From Chiloscyllium plagiosum (lineage: Eukaryota): DNA of 36,000 nt. The position numbers were made by a program, and so were the translations under genes. The notes beneath the pieces were generated by a model. It had not been told where the DNA came from and made no database searches. It was given only the letters and a program-made list of their open reading frames with translations. Within the stretch, counting starts at the first letter, position 1. Each line of letters begins with the position of its first letter. Of the stretch, positions 1 to 11,998 are shown in pieces. The stretch spans positions 1 through 36,000 of the forward strand of contig NW_025213785.1 in NCBI RefSeq assembly GCF_004010195.1. The letters run 5' to 3'.

Positions 1-540
1 TTTTCAATATTCTTACTTTCTGTGCAAGGAAGAATATCTTGCTAGGTTGGATATCAGAAAACACCCCAGGCCTGTCAGGTTGGCGGAAGATTGTTATGGA
101 GCATATTCCCCTGGATTTTCTCACAAATATGGTACACCACAAAACTGAGAATTTTTACAAGACATGGCAGCCCTTTTTGAAATACTTGGACACAGATTTA
201 TCTGTCACATTAACAAGGGCTTTTATATAGCCGTAACGATTGTGTTTCATGAGTCCAATATCCAGGGAGGAGGAACTGTGAATGTATAAGTGTTTTGTTT
301 GGCTGGACTGAGTTATTACTATTTACTTGTTTGTTGTTAGATTTTTAAAAAATTTTATACTTCTCTATATATGTTTATACATTCATATAGGAGGGTGGGT
401 TGGGGAATTTTTTTTATTATTTGAGTTTAGTTTTGTACTATTTTTGTACTGTTGTACTGTTTTGAATTGCATTGTTTTGTATTTGTTGTAATATTTAAAA
501 ATCTATTTTTTCTTAATAAAACTATATTATAAACAAAAAC
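1..540 (+). mobile_element. 3' end of an L1/Tx1-clade LINE (ORF2 C-terminus, 3' UTR, decayed poly(A))
   Basis: Frame from nt 3 reads FNILTFCARKNILLGWISENTPGLSGWRKIV...FYKTWQPFLKYL, stop at 230, resembling fish L1-type ORF2 C-termini. T/G-rich UTR, AATAAA at 515-520, A-rich tail. Confidence 0.8.
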
Positions 541-983
541 TTTCTGAACCAGTGTGTGACAGTGTGACAGAAAATTCTCAGGAAGATTTGCTGCTTCAAG
601 TAGACATCCAATTCAAGTAGACATAGCATGCATGCATGTGTGGATGGTGGTTATTATGTAGCCTGCTTACACATCTGTAGGCCAAAGCATTCAGTCTGCG
701 TTTACATATTAATCCAAGATTGTACATCTGGGATGAGAAGATACAGTAAAGAGGCGTGGATTTGTTGAATGACTGTTGGAAAAGCCAGCCTGGACACATT
801 GCCTCATTAACATGCATTGTGAATATTTTTGAAATTTTGTTTTAGTTAAGTCACTGATCAAAGTCTGAGAACAGATTCTTAGATGTGGATAAGTTGCTGT
901 ATGCACTTTATTGTGAACCTCTGTAGTAAGGCCATAACCATAGTCCATCCAAGTACATGGGACATTTATGAGCATAAATTCAA

Positions 984-1100
984 GGGCCCTCTTGTGGTGC
1001 AGTGGTAGTGTCCCTACCCTTGAACTGGGAGGCCTTGGTTCAAGGCCCACCTATTTTCAGAGATGTGTAATAACATCTCTGAACAGATTGGTTAGAAAAG
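984..1100 (+). mobile_element. Short tRNA-derived SINE
   Basis: A-box-like TGGTGCAGTGG, B-box-like GGTTCAAGG, perfect 11-bp hairpin 1056-1083; related copy at 3060-3165. Confidence 0.7.
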
Positions 1101-1565
1101 TAGGTTTTTAAAAAAAGTGATTGTGCAATGGAATAGTTTATGTCCTTGAAATGTCCCACGATACTGACAAGATTGGGAGTCATTGGTGTATGTGATTGCA
1201 AAAGTGTACTAATTAAGATTAGTGAGTTACAGATGCAAACTACCACATAGAATGATATTATTGGAGCTAAACTAGAGACCTGGTTCAAGGAAGGCAAAGA
1301 CTAGGCGGTGAATATCTACTAACCCCTTGCGTTCCTCATGTCGCCTCCCTGAGTGCAGACCTGTATTGCAGGGCATACTGGCAACTGCCATTGAAAGGCT
1401 TCTGCAAGGACACTTTGAATGCAGGGACCGAACTCATGGATGAAACCAAGCAGCATCTGTTTGCTTGCTCTTTTCGTACTCACTTATCTAGTGTCCACCA
1501 GCCTGCACCCAGCATCCATGCCTGTTCGCAAGTTGGTGCTAAGGGCTCTCAGTACTGCCAAAAAC

Positions 1566-1700
1566 TTTCCTCATTCCTGAAGAAGGGCTTATGCCCGAAA
1601 CGTCGATTCTCCTGTTCCTTGGATGCTGCTTGACCTGCTGCGCTTTTCCAGCAACACATTTTCAGCTCTGATCTCCAGCATCTGCAGTCCTCACTTTCTC
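1566..1700 (+). mobile_element. Solo Penelope-like pseudo-LTR (family A) insertion
   Basis: Matches the terminus of the PLEs at 14076-16668 and 33195-33897; TSD CTGCCAAAAAC at 1555-1565 and 1701-1711. Confidence 0.9.
1573..1608 (+). ncRNA. Minimal type-I hammerhead ribozyme motif (intact core)
   Basis: CUGAAGA-A-GGGC(UUAU)GCCC-GAAA-CGUC; palindromic ACGU helix III; predicted cleavage after GUC at 1604; short, imperfect helix I. Confidence 0.8.
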
Positions 1701-1759
1701 CTGCCAAAAACATTGTAAGGTTCAGATGAATGTCTGTGCTAGCTTTGTATAAGAGTGAA

Positions 1760-2760
1760 ATATCTCATCCCACTCCCTCACATTTTCCCTGTAATCCTGC
1801 AATTTTTTTGTTTTGTTCTCTTACTTGAACACTTTTCTTTAGAAAATCATGATTAACTCTGCTTCCATCACACTCTTAAGAACATTTGAAAGTATAAACA
1901 CTTGCTTTGGCTCTGCTGGCTCTTTTGCTTATCACCTTAACTCTGTATCCTTTAATTCTCCATCCTTCTGGTAGGACCAGTTTCTCCTGATCTTACTGTT
2001 TGGTTTCCCTCGTGGTTTTGAACTCCCAAACCTTCTCGCAAGCCTCTCTAAAGAGAACAGCTGCAGCTTCACCAAACTCTGTCAACCTGAAGTCTCTGAT
2101 CCTTGGGACTATTCTTGTAAATCTTCTCTGAACCTTATCAATACTTCCACATTCTTCCTAAAATATGCTGAATTAATCAAAATGCTCCAGGTATTGTGGT
2201 CGTATTTGTGGTCAAACTTGTGTTTTATGGAGGTTCAGGTTATTTGTTTTTGTGCTCTATGCCTGTAGTTTCTGAAGCCCAGGGTCCTGTATGCCTTATT
2301 AATCACTCGCTCAACATGCCCTTCCACCTTCAATGATTGGTGCATATATAACTGCAGGGTCCCCTGCTCCTGCACCTACTTTATCCTTTTACTTTATATT
2401 GCCTTTCCCTGTACTTCCAACTTGAATGGATCATTTTATACTTCATTGCATTAAATTTCATATGTTACACATTGGTCTGTTCCATGAGCCTGTGTCCTGT
2501 TGACAGCCACCACTGACCTCTTTGCTTTTTGCAATGCTTTCAAACTCCTGTCATCTGCAAAAATTGAAATTACTTAGAGGTCATTAAAACAGTTCAAGAG
2601 CAGTATTTGTCATTATACCAATCTCTGAGGAATCCCACTACATAAGTTCCTCCAGTGTGAAAAGTCAATCATTCGCCACCACAGAGTCTCTTCTACCTAT
2701 GTACTGAGCTGCTGCCATCCATTTTATTTTTGGGTTTCAATTTGTCGGCAAAATTGTGGC
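1760..2760 (-). mobile_element. Old degraded CR1-type LINE 3' half
   Basis: Minus-strand FADD RT motif (TCATCTGCAAA at 2551-2561); collinear similarity with the CR1 copy at 10262-11195. Confidence 0.65.
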
Positions 2761-3059
2761 ATTTTGAGGAATGTGGATATATTGATGCTCTCCTCGGTGC
2801 CTCAAAAAGGATCATTTAGAAACTTTCATCTCTGGGCAATATGCTAATAGCTTTTCTGTAAAATGTATTTTTTCATGCATTTAAATATTCTTGATGTCTA
2901 AACTTAATTACATAATATTTAATAACTGGATCCTCCTGCACCCACTGTTGGATGTAAAAAGCGCCAACAACTCTTATTTTGATGGTGTTTTCTTTCACAC
3001 CATTTTGGATGGGAAAATATTGAAGTGCCCTAGATATCAGTTAAAATGAGCACGAAGAA

Positions 3060-3165
3060 GGCTCTTGTGGTGCAGTGATAGTGCCTTTATCTTGGCCAGA
3101 TGGTTCAAGTTCCACTTGCACCAGAGGTGTGTCACAAAATGGCTGAAGAGATTGCTTTGGATATT
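3060..3165 (+). mobile_element. Short tRNA-derived SINE, diverged second copy
   Basis: GGCTCTTGTGGTGCAGTGATAGTG...GGTTCAAGTTCCAC aligns with 984-1100. Confidence 0.6.
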
Positions 3166-4943
3166 TTCTAATCAATCATTAAGTTTCCTGAATATGTTAA
3201 CGAGGAGATTAACCCCTATTTCAGCATTCAGCCTGGGACAATTGGTCAGCTCCGAACAGACAACCTGCTGCGCTAGTTTAGTTAGTGCATTCTTACTTCA
3301 ATTTTTTAAAAAAGAGTTTATTTGTAAATCACCTACATATGGGGTGAGCCTGAATGAAGAGGTATGTACCTGCCTGCTCCACAGCACTACAAAGCACAGT
3401 TGTCAGACAACCTTTAGATTCTTGTATTTGGGTTTTAAGTTCTGTGTGCTCTAGTGTACATGGTTCTCTCAGCTAATTTGTTGCTTTTGTAATAAGGTGA
3501 AGTCTGTGCTCCAGTGAGTGAATATTAACATGCTTTATTCAATCTAACTATTTCCAAGACATGATGAGAAAGGATTTCCTGCTGGAACCTTATAGATTCA
3601 GGAACCTAGACTGTGTGGTTGGCTGTAAATGTGATTTAGCTCCATTTGCACATGCTCCGTAGTTATTTCTAGAGTAAAGATGCAATTAATTTTTTACTTT
3701 ATAGTATTATCTTGTCCCACTTATCACATGACTCAGATTGTTGGGGTCAATTATTTGAAGTTGCAGAAATTGATAAAATGAAGTCTTTCAAAACCCATCA
3801 AAGTAATTTGTGATTTAAGTGGAAATAAATCCTCACATTGATTCAATGTGAGGAATCTTGGGGTTATAAGATAGAATAGAATGTTAAAATGCTTGAAAGA
3901 AACAGTTGATTAATTGCACCATATTTCCAGAAAATAGTAGAAGTGGCTCAATAAATGATCCCTAATGAATAACAGTTCTGGATTAAAGGAATACTGCAGC
4001 TAGGAACGGGGAGCCTTGTTTTTGCCTGTTGAACCTTTCATACCTGCATTACAAAATCTCAGGCTCTAGCTACCACTAGGTGGGGACAAAAATATTTGTT
4101 GTTTCTAGTTAGGGCATCTAAAGCAACTTTTCAAAATTAATTGTGCATTAACTACATTCCAGTTTTAAAATGTTACAGCCATTCAATTCCATGAAAGTCT
4201 GATTGCAATCACGGTATGTTTGTTGCAAGAACCATATTTTCCAGTTTTATTTCACTTTGACTCTTCTTGGGTTTGCTCTCTTTGGACATTAAGTGTCAGC
4301 GGTTTATTCAGCCATAATGGTATCACAACTGCGATTGATTTTTATTTAAGTAGTGTGCAATATGTTTGGATAAAAATCCTGAATGGGAATCAAGGCTCTT
4401 TTTGTAAAATTCCTTTGTGTCCTGGCTTAGGTCTGTTATAGTTCTCCACATGTTTTTCTCGTTGAGGTCAGTTAGCTCAGAGCAGGGATTAAGGCTGGGA
4501 AATCGGAATATGCATTTTCGTCATGGGCTTCAGAAGCGCGCACTGTGAGAGAAACAGTCACACGTTGTAATTTCCCCTCACATGATGATTTAATGGCCAG
4601 AAGTCAGGCATCTGAGTGAATTAAGGATGTCATGAAAGACCCTGTAGCTGGGGGTACAGTCAGAGGTCTGTCACATTGGAAGATATTGAAGGCTGCAGTG
4701 GAAGGTAAATAAGACTGATGGTGTGTCAAAGTGAAGGTGTCTGCTCAACAATGTGTAAACTGTCAGCTGCTGAGTGGCTGTCTAGACCCTCTTTAAGGAG
4801 AATAAGTAGCTCTGCCTGGTGTGCTGGCCACCCATTCTGCTGTTGGGATATCAAGTTCATTCAAGCAGTTAAGCTGGTCTGCAATGCCAGTGGAGATTTG
4901 GAGTTTCCTGTTAACCTCCCTTAAGTGGACATTAATGTGGATA

Positions 4944-5156
4944 AATGCTGGAAAAGCACAGCTGGTCAGGCAGCATCCGAGGAGCAGGAGGGTTGATGTT
5001 TCAAACATAAGCTCTTCATCAGGAATGTCCGATGAAAGCTTATGCTCGAAACATCGATTCTCCTGCTCCTCAGATGCTGCCTGAACGCCTGTGCTTTTCC
5101 AGCACCAAACTTTTTGACTCTGATCTCCAGCATCTGCAGTCCTCATTTTCTCCCAC
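4944..5156. mobile_element. Palindromic (inverted) pseudo-LTR pair, PLE family A
   Basis: Arms ~4946-5025 and ~5028-5104 are imperfect reverse complements, each with a degenerate hammerhead; TSD ATGTGGATA at 4935-4943 and 5157-5165. Confidence 0.88.
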
Positions 5157-5276
5157 ATGTGGATAGATAGCTGTGCTACCAACCTATCCTGCCACTGCAA
5201 AATGATTTGACGTGGAGTTGAAGCTATTTCAACACTTGCCTACTTCCACTGCTGGCCCTGCAGCAACCTATAACTT

Positions 5277-6508
5277 ATTGTGGTTCTGTTCGCCGAGCTG
5301 GGAATTTGTGTTGCAGACGTTCNNNNNNNNNNNNNNNNNGCGCTTCTGTGATCTTTCCTCCGGCATTTGTACTGGTTTGTATCTGCTGCTTCCGGTTGTC
5401 AGTTCCAGCTGTCCGCTGCAGTGGTCGGTATATAAGGTCCAGGTCAATGTGCTTATTGATTGAATCTGTCGATGAGTGCCAAGCGTCTAGGAATTCCATG
5501 GCTGTTCTCTGTTTGGCTTGGCCTATAATACTAGTGTTGTCCCAGTCGAACTCCTGTTGCTTGTCCTCTGCGTGTGTGGATACTAAAGATAGCTGGTCGT
5601 GTCGTTTCATGGCTAGTTGGTGTTCATGGATGAGGATCGTTAGCTGTCTTCCTGTTTGTCCTATGTAGTGTTTTGTGCAGTCCTTGCATGGGATTTTGTA
5701 CACTACATTGGTTTTGCTCATGCTGGGTATCGGGTCCTTTGTCCTGGTGAGTTGTTGTCTGAGTGTGGCTGTTGGTTTGTGTGCTGTTATGAGTCCTAGT
5801 GGTCGCAGTAGTCTGGCTGTCAGTTCGGAAATGCTCTTGATGTATGGTAGTGTGGCTAGTCCTTTGGGTTGTGGCATGTCCTTGTTGCGTTGTCTTTCCT
5901 TTAGGCATCTGTTGATGAAATTGCGGGCTATCCATTTTTGACGAATACATTGTATAGGTGTCCTTCTCCCTCTTTTTGCAGTTCTGGTGTACTGCAGTAT
6001 GTTGTGGCCCTTTTGAACAGAGTCTTGATGCAACTTCTTTTGTGTGTGTTGGGGCGGTTGCTTTCGTAGTTCAGGACTTGGTCTGTGTGTGTAGCTTTCC
6101 TGTATACCTTTATGGTGAATTCTCCATTAGGTGTTCTCATTACCATCACGTCTAGGAATGGGAGTTGGTTGTCCTTTTCTTCCTCTCTAGTCAATCGGAT
6201 TCCTGTGAGTGTAGCGTTGATGATCCGGTGTGTGTTCTCTATTTCTGTGTTCTTAATGATTACAAAGGTGTCATCCACATATCTGACCCAGAGTTTGGGT
6301 TGAATTTGCACCTTTGAACTCACAAACTTTGAAAACCTACGAGTGAGAGACCCTAAGACAAGCCAGTAAATGGGAATCCTGTGCCAACCGTCTAAGCGTC
6401 ACATATGAACAACACCTAGACAGGGGACGAAATGTCTGCAACACAAGCTCGCCGAACAGAACCACAACAACGAGCACCCGAGCTACAAATCTTCTCACAA
6501 ACTTTGAA
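5277..6508 (-). mobile_element. 5'-truncated Penelope-like retrotransposon (family B): RT C-terminal part + GIY-YIG endonuclease, frameshifted, with inverted pseudo-LTR
   Basis: ORF 5928-6323 has WVRYVDDTF and LPFLDV; ORF 5275-6033 has VVYKIPCKDCTKHYIGQTGRQL. 6427-6470 is an inverted copy of 5278-5322. TSD AACCTATAACTT at 5265-5276 and 6509-6520. Confidence 0.93.
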
Positions 6509-7107
6509 AACCTATAACTTGAATACTGAAGGACCATATTTTCCTGTTCTGACGCAGGTCTGATCATGTTAGACAGGATTTAACCATGAGGTGGGGGAAA
6601 AGGCAACCCTTAATCCCGGCACAGATGGTTTTGATGGTAGTAGGATATGGGGACAAGTTGCAAGTCTGCACCTAGCTGACGCAACATTGCTAGCTCCATT
6701 GCTGAAGTGGGCATTTCAGACCCTAGCCAGTTGCACGCAGAGACTAGCCTTGAAAGGTAACATGATTCACACAAACTCTGAGAGGTTGTGAAGCTTAGGC
6801 AACCGTGCTTTAGCGTCAAACCTCATCTACTAGGATGAAGTTGCTGCTAACTTCACGTGTCATAATGAAATGTTGCTTGACAAATTACAGATGTTTTTAA
6901 TTCAGGAAGTGATGGGGCTGTTGGTTTTGGAAAAGGTATGTCTATTAAGTTAAACAGCATTGCGAAATTGAAACAAATATTTATATGCAGTCAAATTCAT
7001 TATCTACAAGATAAAGTGTTATCCTGCTTACACAAAAGTGAACTTCAGATTTGACGGTATCAGTTAGACTCCATACGTTCATATTTTCAAATCGCAGAAT
7101 TCAGCCA

Positions 7108-8722
7108 TTGTCGAGAGTGTGGTGCTGGAAAAGCACAGCCGGTCAGGCAGCATCCGAGGAGCAGGAGAATTGATGTTTCGGGCAAAAGCCCTTCATAGAA
7201 ATGAGGAAACTGGTGAAATCCACACTGATGCCATGGAGTTGGAGGGTCCCAAGGCAGAAGATGTGGCATTCTTTCTCCAGGCATCATGTGGTTAGGGTGT
7301 GGTGATGGAGGAGGCCCAGGACCTGCATGTCCTCGGCAGAGTGGGAGGGAGAGTTGAAGTGTTCAGCCAGGGGGCGGTGGGGTTGGTTGGTGCAGGTGTT
7401 CCAGAGATGTTCTCTGAAGTGCTCTGCAAGGAGGCGTCCAGTCTCCCCAATGTAGAGGAGACCACATTGGGAGCAACAGATTTGGTAAATGACGTGTGGA
7501 AGTGGAGGTGAAACTTAAATGGATGAGGAACACTCCTTTGGGGTCTTGGACGGAGGTGAGGGGGGAGATGTGGGCGCAGGTTTTGCAATTCCTGCAATGG
7601 CAGAGGAAGGTGCCAGGAGGGGATGGTGGGTTGGTGGAGGTAACGGTCTTTACGGAAAGCAGATGGGGTGGGGAGGGAAATATATCTCTGGTGGTGGGGT
7701 CCACTTGTAGCTGACAGAAATGGCGGAGGATAATACATTGTATAAGGTGATTGGTGGGGTGGAAGGTGAGGACCGGGGGTTTTTGTCCTTGGTGCGGTTG
7801 GAGGGGTGGAGTTCAAGGGCAAAGGTGCGGGAAGTGGAAGAGATGCGCTGGAGGGCATCATCAACCATGTGGGAGGGAAAATTGTGGTCTTTAAAGAAGG
7901 AGGTCATCTGGTGTGTTCTGTGGTGGAATTGATCCTCCTGGAAGCAGATGCGGTGGAGGCAGAGGAATTGGGAATAAGGGATAGCATTTTTACAGGAGGT
8001 GGGGTGGGAGGAGATGTAGTCTAGGTAGCTGTGGGAGTTGGTGAGTTTGTAGAAGATGTCAGTGTTGAGTTGGTCACCATTGATGGAGATGGAGAGGTCC
8101 AGGAAGGGGAGAGAGGTGTCAGAGATAGTCCAGGTGAATCTAAGTTTGGGGTGGAATGTGTTGGTAAAGTTGATGAACTGTTCAACTTCCTTGGGGGAGC
8201 ACGAGGTGGCACCAATGCAGTCATCAATGTAGTGGAGTAAAAGGTGGGGAATGGTGCCAGTTTACGATGGACAGTACCACATAGCCGACAAAAAGACAGA
8301 CAAGTGCCCATTGCTATCCCTTTCATCTGGAGGGAGTAGGAGGATTCAAAGGAGAAATTTATTGACGGTGAGGACCAGTTCAGCCAAACAAATGAGAGTG
8401 TCAGTGGAAGGGTACTGGTAGGGATGTCATGGCAAATGAAGGTGTATAGGGACTGGATGTCCATGGTGAAGAAAGTCATTGGGGGCAAGGGAAACAAAAG
8501 TCTTGGAGGAGGTGGAGTATGTGTGGAGGTGGGATGGTGTCCCAAACGTATGTTCCTGGACCTGGGGGAATAGGATAGTATCAAGGTATGTGGAGATGAG
8601 TTCGGTGGGGCAGGAGCAGGCCGAGATGATGGGGTGGTATGGGGTTCCCGAACTGTGACGTTGGAAGCTGTGAGAGGAAATCCCCTGAGGTGATGAGGTT
8701 GCGTACGGTCTGGGAGATGATC
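7108..8722 (-). mobile_element. Degraded Penelope-like element (family A), RT + GIY-YIG remnants
   Basis: FTMDIQSLY and GIAMG motifs in ORF 8021-8584; homologous to 14076-16668; pseudo-LTR with degenerate hammerhead at 7108-7200. Confidence 0.9.
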
Positions 8723-8869
8723 AGTCTGCTTCAGTTTTATGTCATATTGTCAATCTCCTGTCTTTTTCTTCTTGTATCGCTGCACACATTCTGTCAAAAT
8801 AATAATCCAGTGCCCTCTTGAATTATTCAATTTAACTTGCTACAGGATTCATTCTGCCTACTGACCAAC

Positions 8870-9045
8870 TATGCTGTATCCTCTACCTGTCTTCATCTAT
8901 CCCCACCTCTCCACCCTGCCCCTGCCACCCACTTTATCTGCAGCTCCCCTTACAATCCTGAAGAAGAGTTATACCCGAACTGTCAACTTCTCCACCTCCT
9001 GATGCTGCCTGGCTTGCTGCGTTTTTCCAGCCCTCCTGCTTGTCC
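8870..9045 (+). mobile_element. PLE pseudo-LTR fragment (family A-related variant)
   Basis: CCTGAAGAAGAGTTATACCCGAA...GATGCTGCCTGGCTTGCTG resembles other pseudo-LTRs in the window. Confidence 0.75.
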
Positions 9046-9049
9046 ATCG

Positions 9050-9370
9050 CTTTTCCAGGCAATCCATTCCACGCTCTAAATACTTGTCATGTGAAAAAGT
9101 TTCTTCTCCCACCATCCTTCCTTTGCAGATCACTTTAAATCTATATCCTCCCATTCTTTATCTTTTACGAGCAGAACAACTTCACCCAATCAACTTTATC
9201 CAACCGACTCATGGTTTTGAAAACCTCTATCAAATGCTGCCTCAGCTACCTCTCTCGGGAGAACAGTCCCAACTTTGTTCACTCTGTCATCATCATTGAA
9301 GTTTCTTATCCTTGGAACCATTCTTGTAAATCATTTATGCGCTCCTATAATGTGCCACCCAATACACAGT
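9050..9370 (-). mobile_element. Degraded CR1-type LINE 3' fragment
   Basis: Similar to 10460-10800 and 34000-34300 (e.g. TTTTGAAAACCTCTATCAAAT, GGAACCATTCTTGTAAATC). Confidence 0.65.
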
Positions 9371-9744
9371 GCTCCACATAATACACCAGAAACAGTCATC
9401 TGACTAATTAATCTGTAAGTGCTTTATATTTGACATAAGTTAATGAAGTATTTATGATGGAAAAATAATTGCAATCTTACTGGGTATAAGAAAAAATGCC
9501 ACTTGTTGGTTTGTCACATTTGAACTTGGTGTGTAGGTTTCAGGTTCAGTTCAAATATCAATTTGCCTTGTAACACAAAATGTTTTAAATAATATAACTG
9601 TAAAGTGCCAGATTTGCTCTGTTCTTTCTTACAAGATCGTACATCCCTCCAGAAAATGTCTAGTATCGTATCAAATATACTGAAATACTGGCTTAACTGA
9701 TTTGGCTGCGAATATCGTACTCTGTGGGCACTTTCTGAGATGTT

Positions 9745-9990
9745 ATGCTGAGTAAGATGAGGTAACTCCACAAGGCTGGCTGGATGGCTGGTCATGGATT
9801 CAATTCCCACACAGGCTGAGGTGACTATGAAGGATTTCCCCCTTCTCACCCTCTTCCCTCAACTGGTGACCCTCGGGTTAAACCAGCACTGGTTCTCTCA
9901 CCCTCCCCGCCCCTCGTTTTGCCTGCCTCTCACTCTCCCGAATGAAAGAGCAGCCGTATGACCCTATAGGACAATGGTGACTTGACCTTT
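9745..9990 (+). mobile_element. tRNA-derived SINE (second family)
   Basis: B-box-like GGATTCAATTCCC; body GGTGACCCTCGGGTTAAACC matches the reverse complement of 24325-24497. Confidence 0.6.
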
Positions 9991-10261
9991 TTTGTCCTAA
10001 TTGTAAAAACAATCTGCTTTATGAAAGCTCTGTATATTGTAGCAGGAGCTGTTCACTTAAAGATGTATTATTCTGCACTGATGGAATAATCCATATATTT
10101 TGAAAAGGAGCAGTTGTTTTTCAGGATAAGTCAAAAACCCACGGTTCAGGAATCCTGGTAGGATCATTTTCATTTTTGCTCATGGACAATGTTGAGTTGA
10201 CAACCTATTTTATGCATTCCCTGCGTATTTTCTTTGTCAGTTAAAGTTGTGGCTGCACAAA

Positions 10262-11195
10262 ATAGAGTCATAGAGTCACAGAGATTACAGCATGGAAATA
10301 GACCCTTGAGTCAAACTTGTCCATGTTGACCAGATATCCTAACCCAATCTAGTCCCATTTGCCAGCACCCAGCACATATCCATCCAAACCCTTATGATTC
10401 ATCTACTCATCCAGAAGCCTTTTAAATGTTATAATTCTACTAGCCTTCACCACTTCCTCTGGCAGCTGATTCCATACACGCACTACTCTCTAAATGAAAA
10501 AGTTGCCCCATAGGTCTCTTGTATCTTTTCCCTCTCGCCCTAAACATGTGCCCTCTAGTTCTGGACTCCCCCATCCCAGGGAAACGACTTTGTCTATTTA
10601 CCCTATCCATATATCTCATGATTTTATAAATCTCTATAAGGTCACCCCTCAGCCTCTGACACTCCAGGGAAAACAGCCCCAGCTTGTTCAACCTCTCCCT
10701 ATAGCTCAAATCCACCAACCCTGGCAACATCCTTTTATATCTTTTCTGGACCCTTTCAATTTTCACAACATCCTCCCGATAAGGAGTCCAGAATTGCAAG
10801 CAATATTCCAGAAGTGGCCTAGCCAATGTCCTGTACAGACACAACATCACCTCCGAATTCCTGCACCCAGTACTCTTGACCAATAAAGGAAAACATACCA
10901 AACACCTTCACTATCCTATCTACCTGTGACTCTATTTTAAAGGAGCTATGAACCTACACTCTAAGGTCTCTTTGATCATCAACACTCCCTAGGACCTTAT
11001 GTGTATAAGTCCTGTTAAGATTTGCTTTCCCAAAGTGCAGCACCTCGCATTTAACTAAATTAAACTCTGTCTGCCACTTCTCAGCCCATTGGCCCATCTG
11101 ATCAAAATCCCGTTGTAACCTGAGGTAACCTTCTTCACTGTCCACCAACCTCCCATTTTAGTGTCATCTGCAAACTTACTAACTATACCTCTTAC
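10262..11195 (-). mobile_element. CR1/HER1-type LINE 3' part (RT C-terminus and tail)
   Basis: SKFADDTK; LYRTLARPLLEYCLQFWTPY; RLRGDLIEIYKIM; tandem (CATAGAGT)-type tail at 10262-10283. Appears to resume briefly after the SINE (~11528-11548). Confidence 0.93.
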
Positions 11196-11209
11196 CCTCC
11201 CCTTTCGAT

Positions 11210-11527
11210 GGGAGGCATAGTGGCCCAATGGATGGAAATGCAGCCTCACAGAGCAAGGGACCCAGGTTTGATTCCAGCCTCTCACAACTGTCTGTGTGGA
11301 GTTTGCACATTCTCCCTGTGTGTGCGTGGGTTTCCTCTGGGTACTCCGGTTTCCTCCCACAATCCAAAGATGTGCTGGTCAGGTGAATTGGCCATGTTAA
11401 ATTTCTCATATTGTTCGGTATATTAGTCAGAGGGAAATGGGTCTGGATGGGTTACTATTCGGAGGTTTGATGTGGATTTGTTGGGCCAAGTGGCCTGTTT
11501 CCATGCTGTAGGGAATCTGATCTAATC
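11210..11527 (+). mobile_element. HE1-type shark SINE inserted in the CR1 copy
   Basis: tRNA-like head, V-domain-like body TGTGTGGAGTTTGCACATTCTCCC...GGTTTCCTCCCAC, (AATCT)-type tail; three more copies in the window. Confidence 0.88.
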
Positions 11528-11567
11528 AAATCATTTATGTAAATAATGGAACATTGAAAGGGTTCCT

Positions 11568-11998
11568 CTGGTCAGAAGGGGTTATGCCCAAAATGTCAGC
11601 TCTCCTGCTCCTCAGATGCTGCCTGGCCTGCTGTGCTTTTCCAGCAGCACACTCTTGACTCTGATCTCGAGCATCTGCAGTCCTCCCTTTCTCCTAGTTA
11701 TTTATAACCTTACTGTGAAGCTTCTTCCAAGGATGCCTACCTTGAAGAAGTTCTCCTCCTCTCTCTACAAGTGTCTCAGTGAGTCTCTCTCTCTCTCACT
11801 GCAACCCCCAGGTCATCTTCACTGCCCTGAAGCTCTTCAGCCATGTCCTGAAACAGACTTGCTATCAACCGGCCACATCTCCTTCCTCAGTGCCAAAATT
11901 CCTGATGAAGGGCTTATGCCCGAAACATCGATTCTCCTGCTCCTCAAATGCTGCCTGACCTGCTGTGCTTTTCTAGCACCATACTCTCGCCTCTTATC
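11568..11998 (+). mobile_element. Short PLE family A derivative: pseudo-LTR + ~200-nt spacer (probable 5' ORF start) + second pseudo-LTR in direct orientation
   Basis: Direct repeats ~11570-11697 and ~11898-11990; hammerhead core at 11902-11929; spacer carries MPTLKKFSSSLYK. Confidence 0.8.

Noticed and set aside
984..1055. tRNA gene calls here and at HE1 heads (11210, 22038, 35126)
   Set aside because: Only A/B-box-like motifs; no complete cloverleaf, and the sequences continue into repeat bodies, so these are SINE heads.
5323..5339. Run of N
   Set aside because: Assembly gap; it covers the expected family B hammerhead position, so no ribozyme is called there.
5275..6323. Functional RT/GIY-YIG protein gene
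   Set aside because: 5'-truncated and split across frames; a transposon relic, not a host gene.
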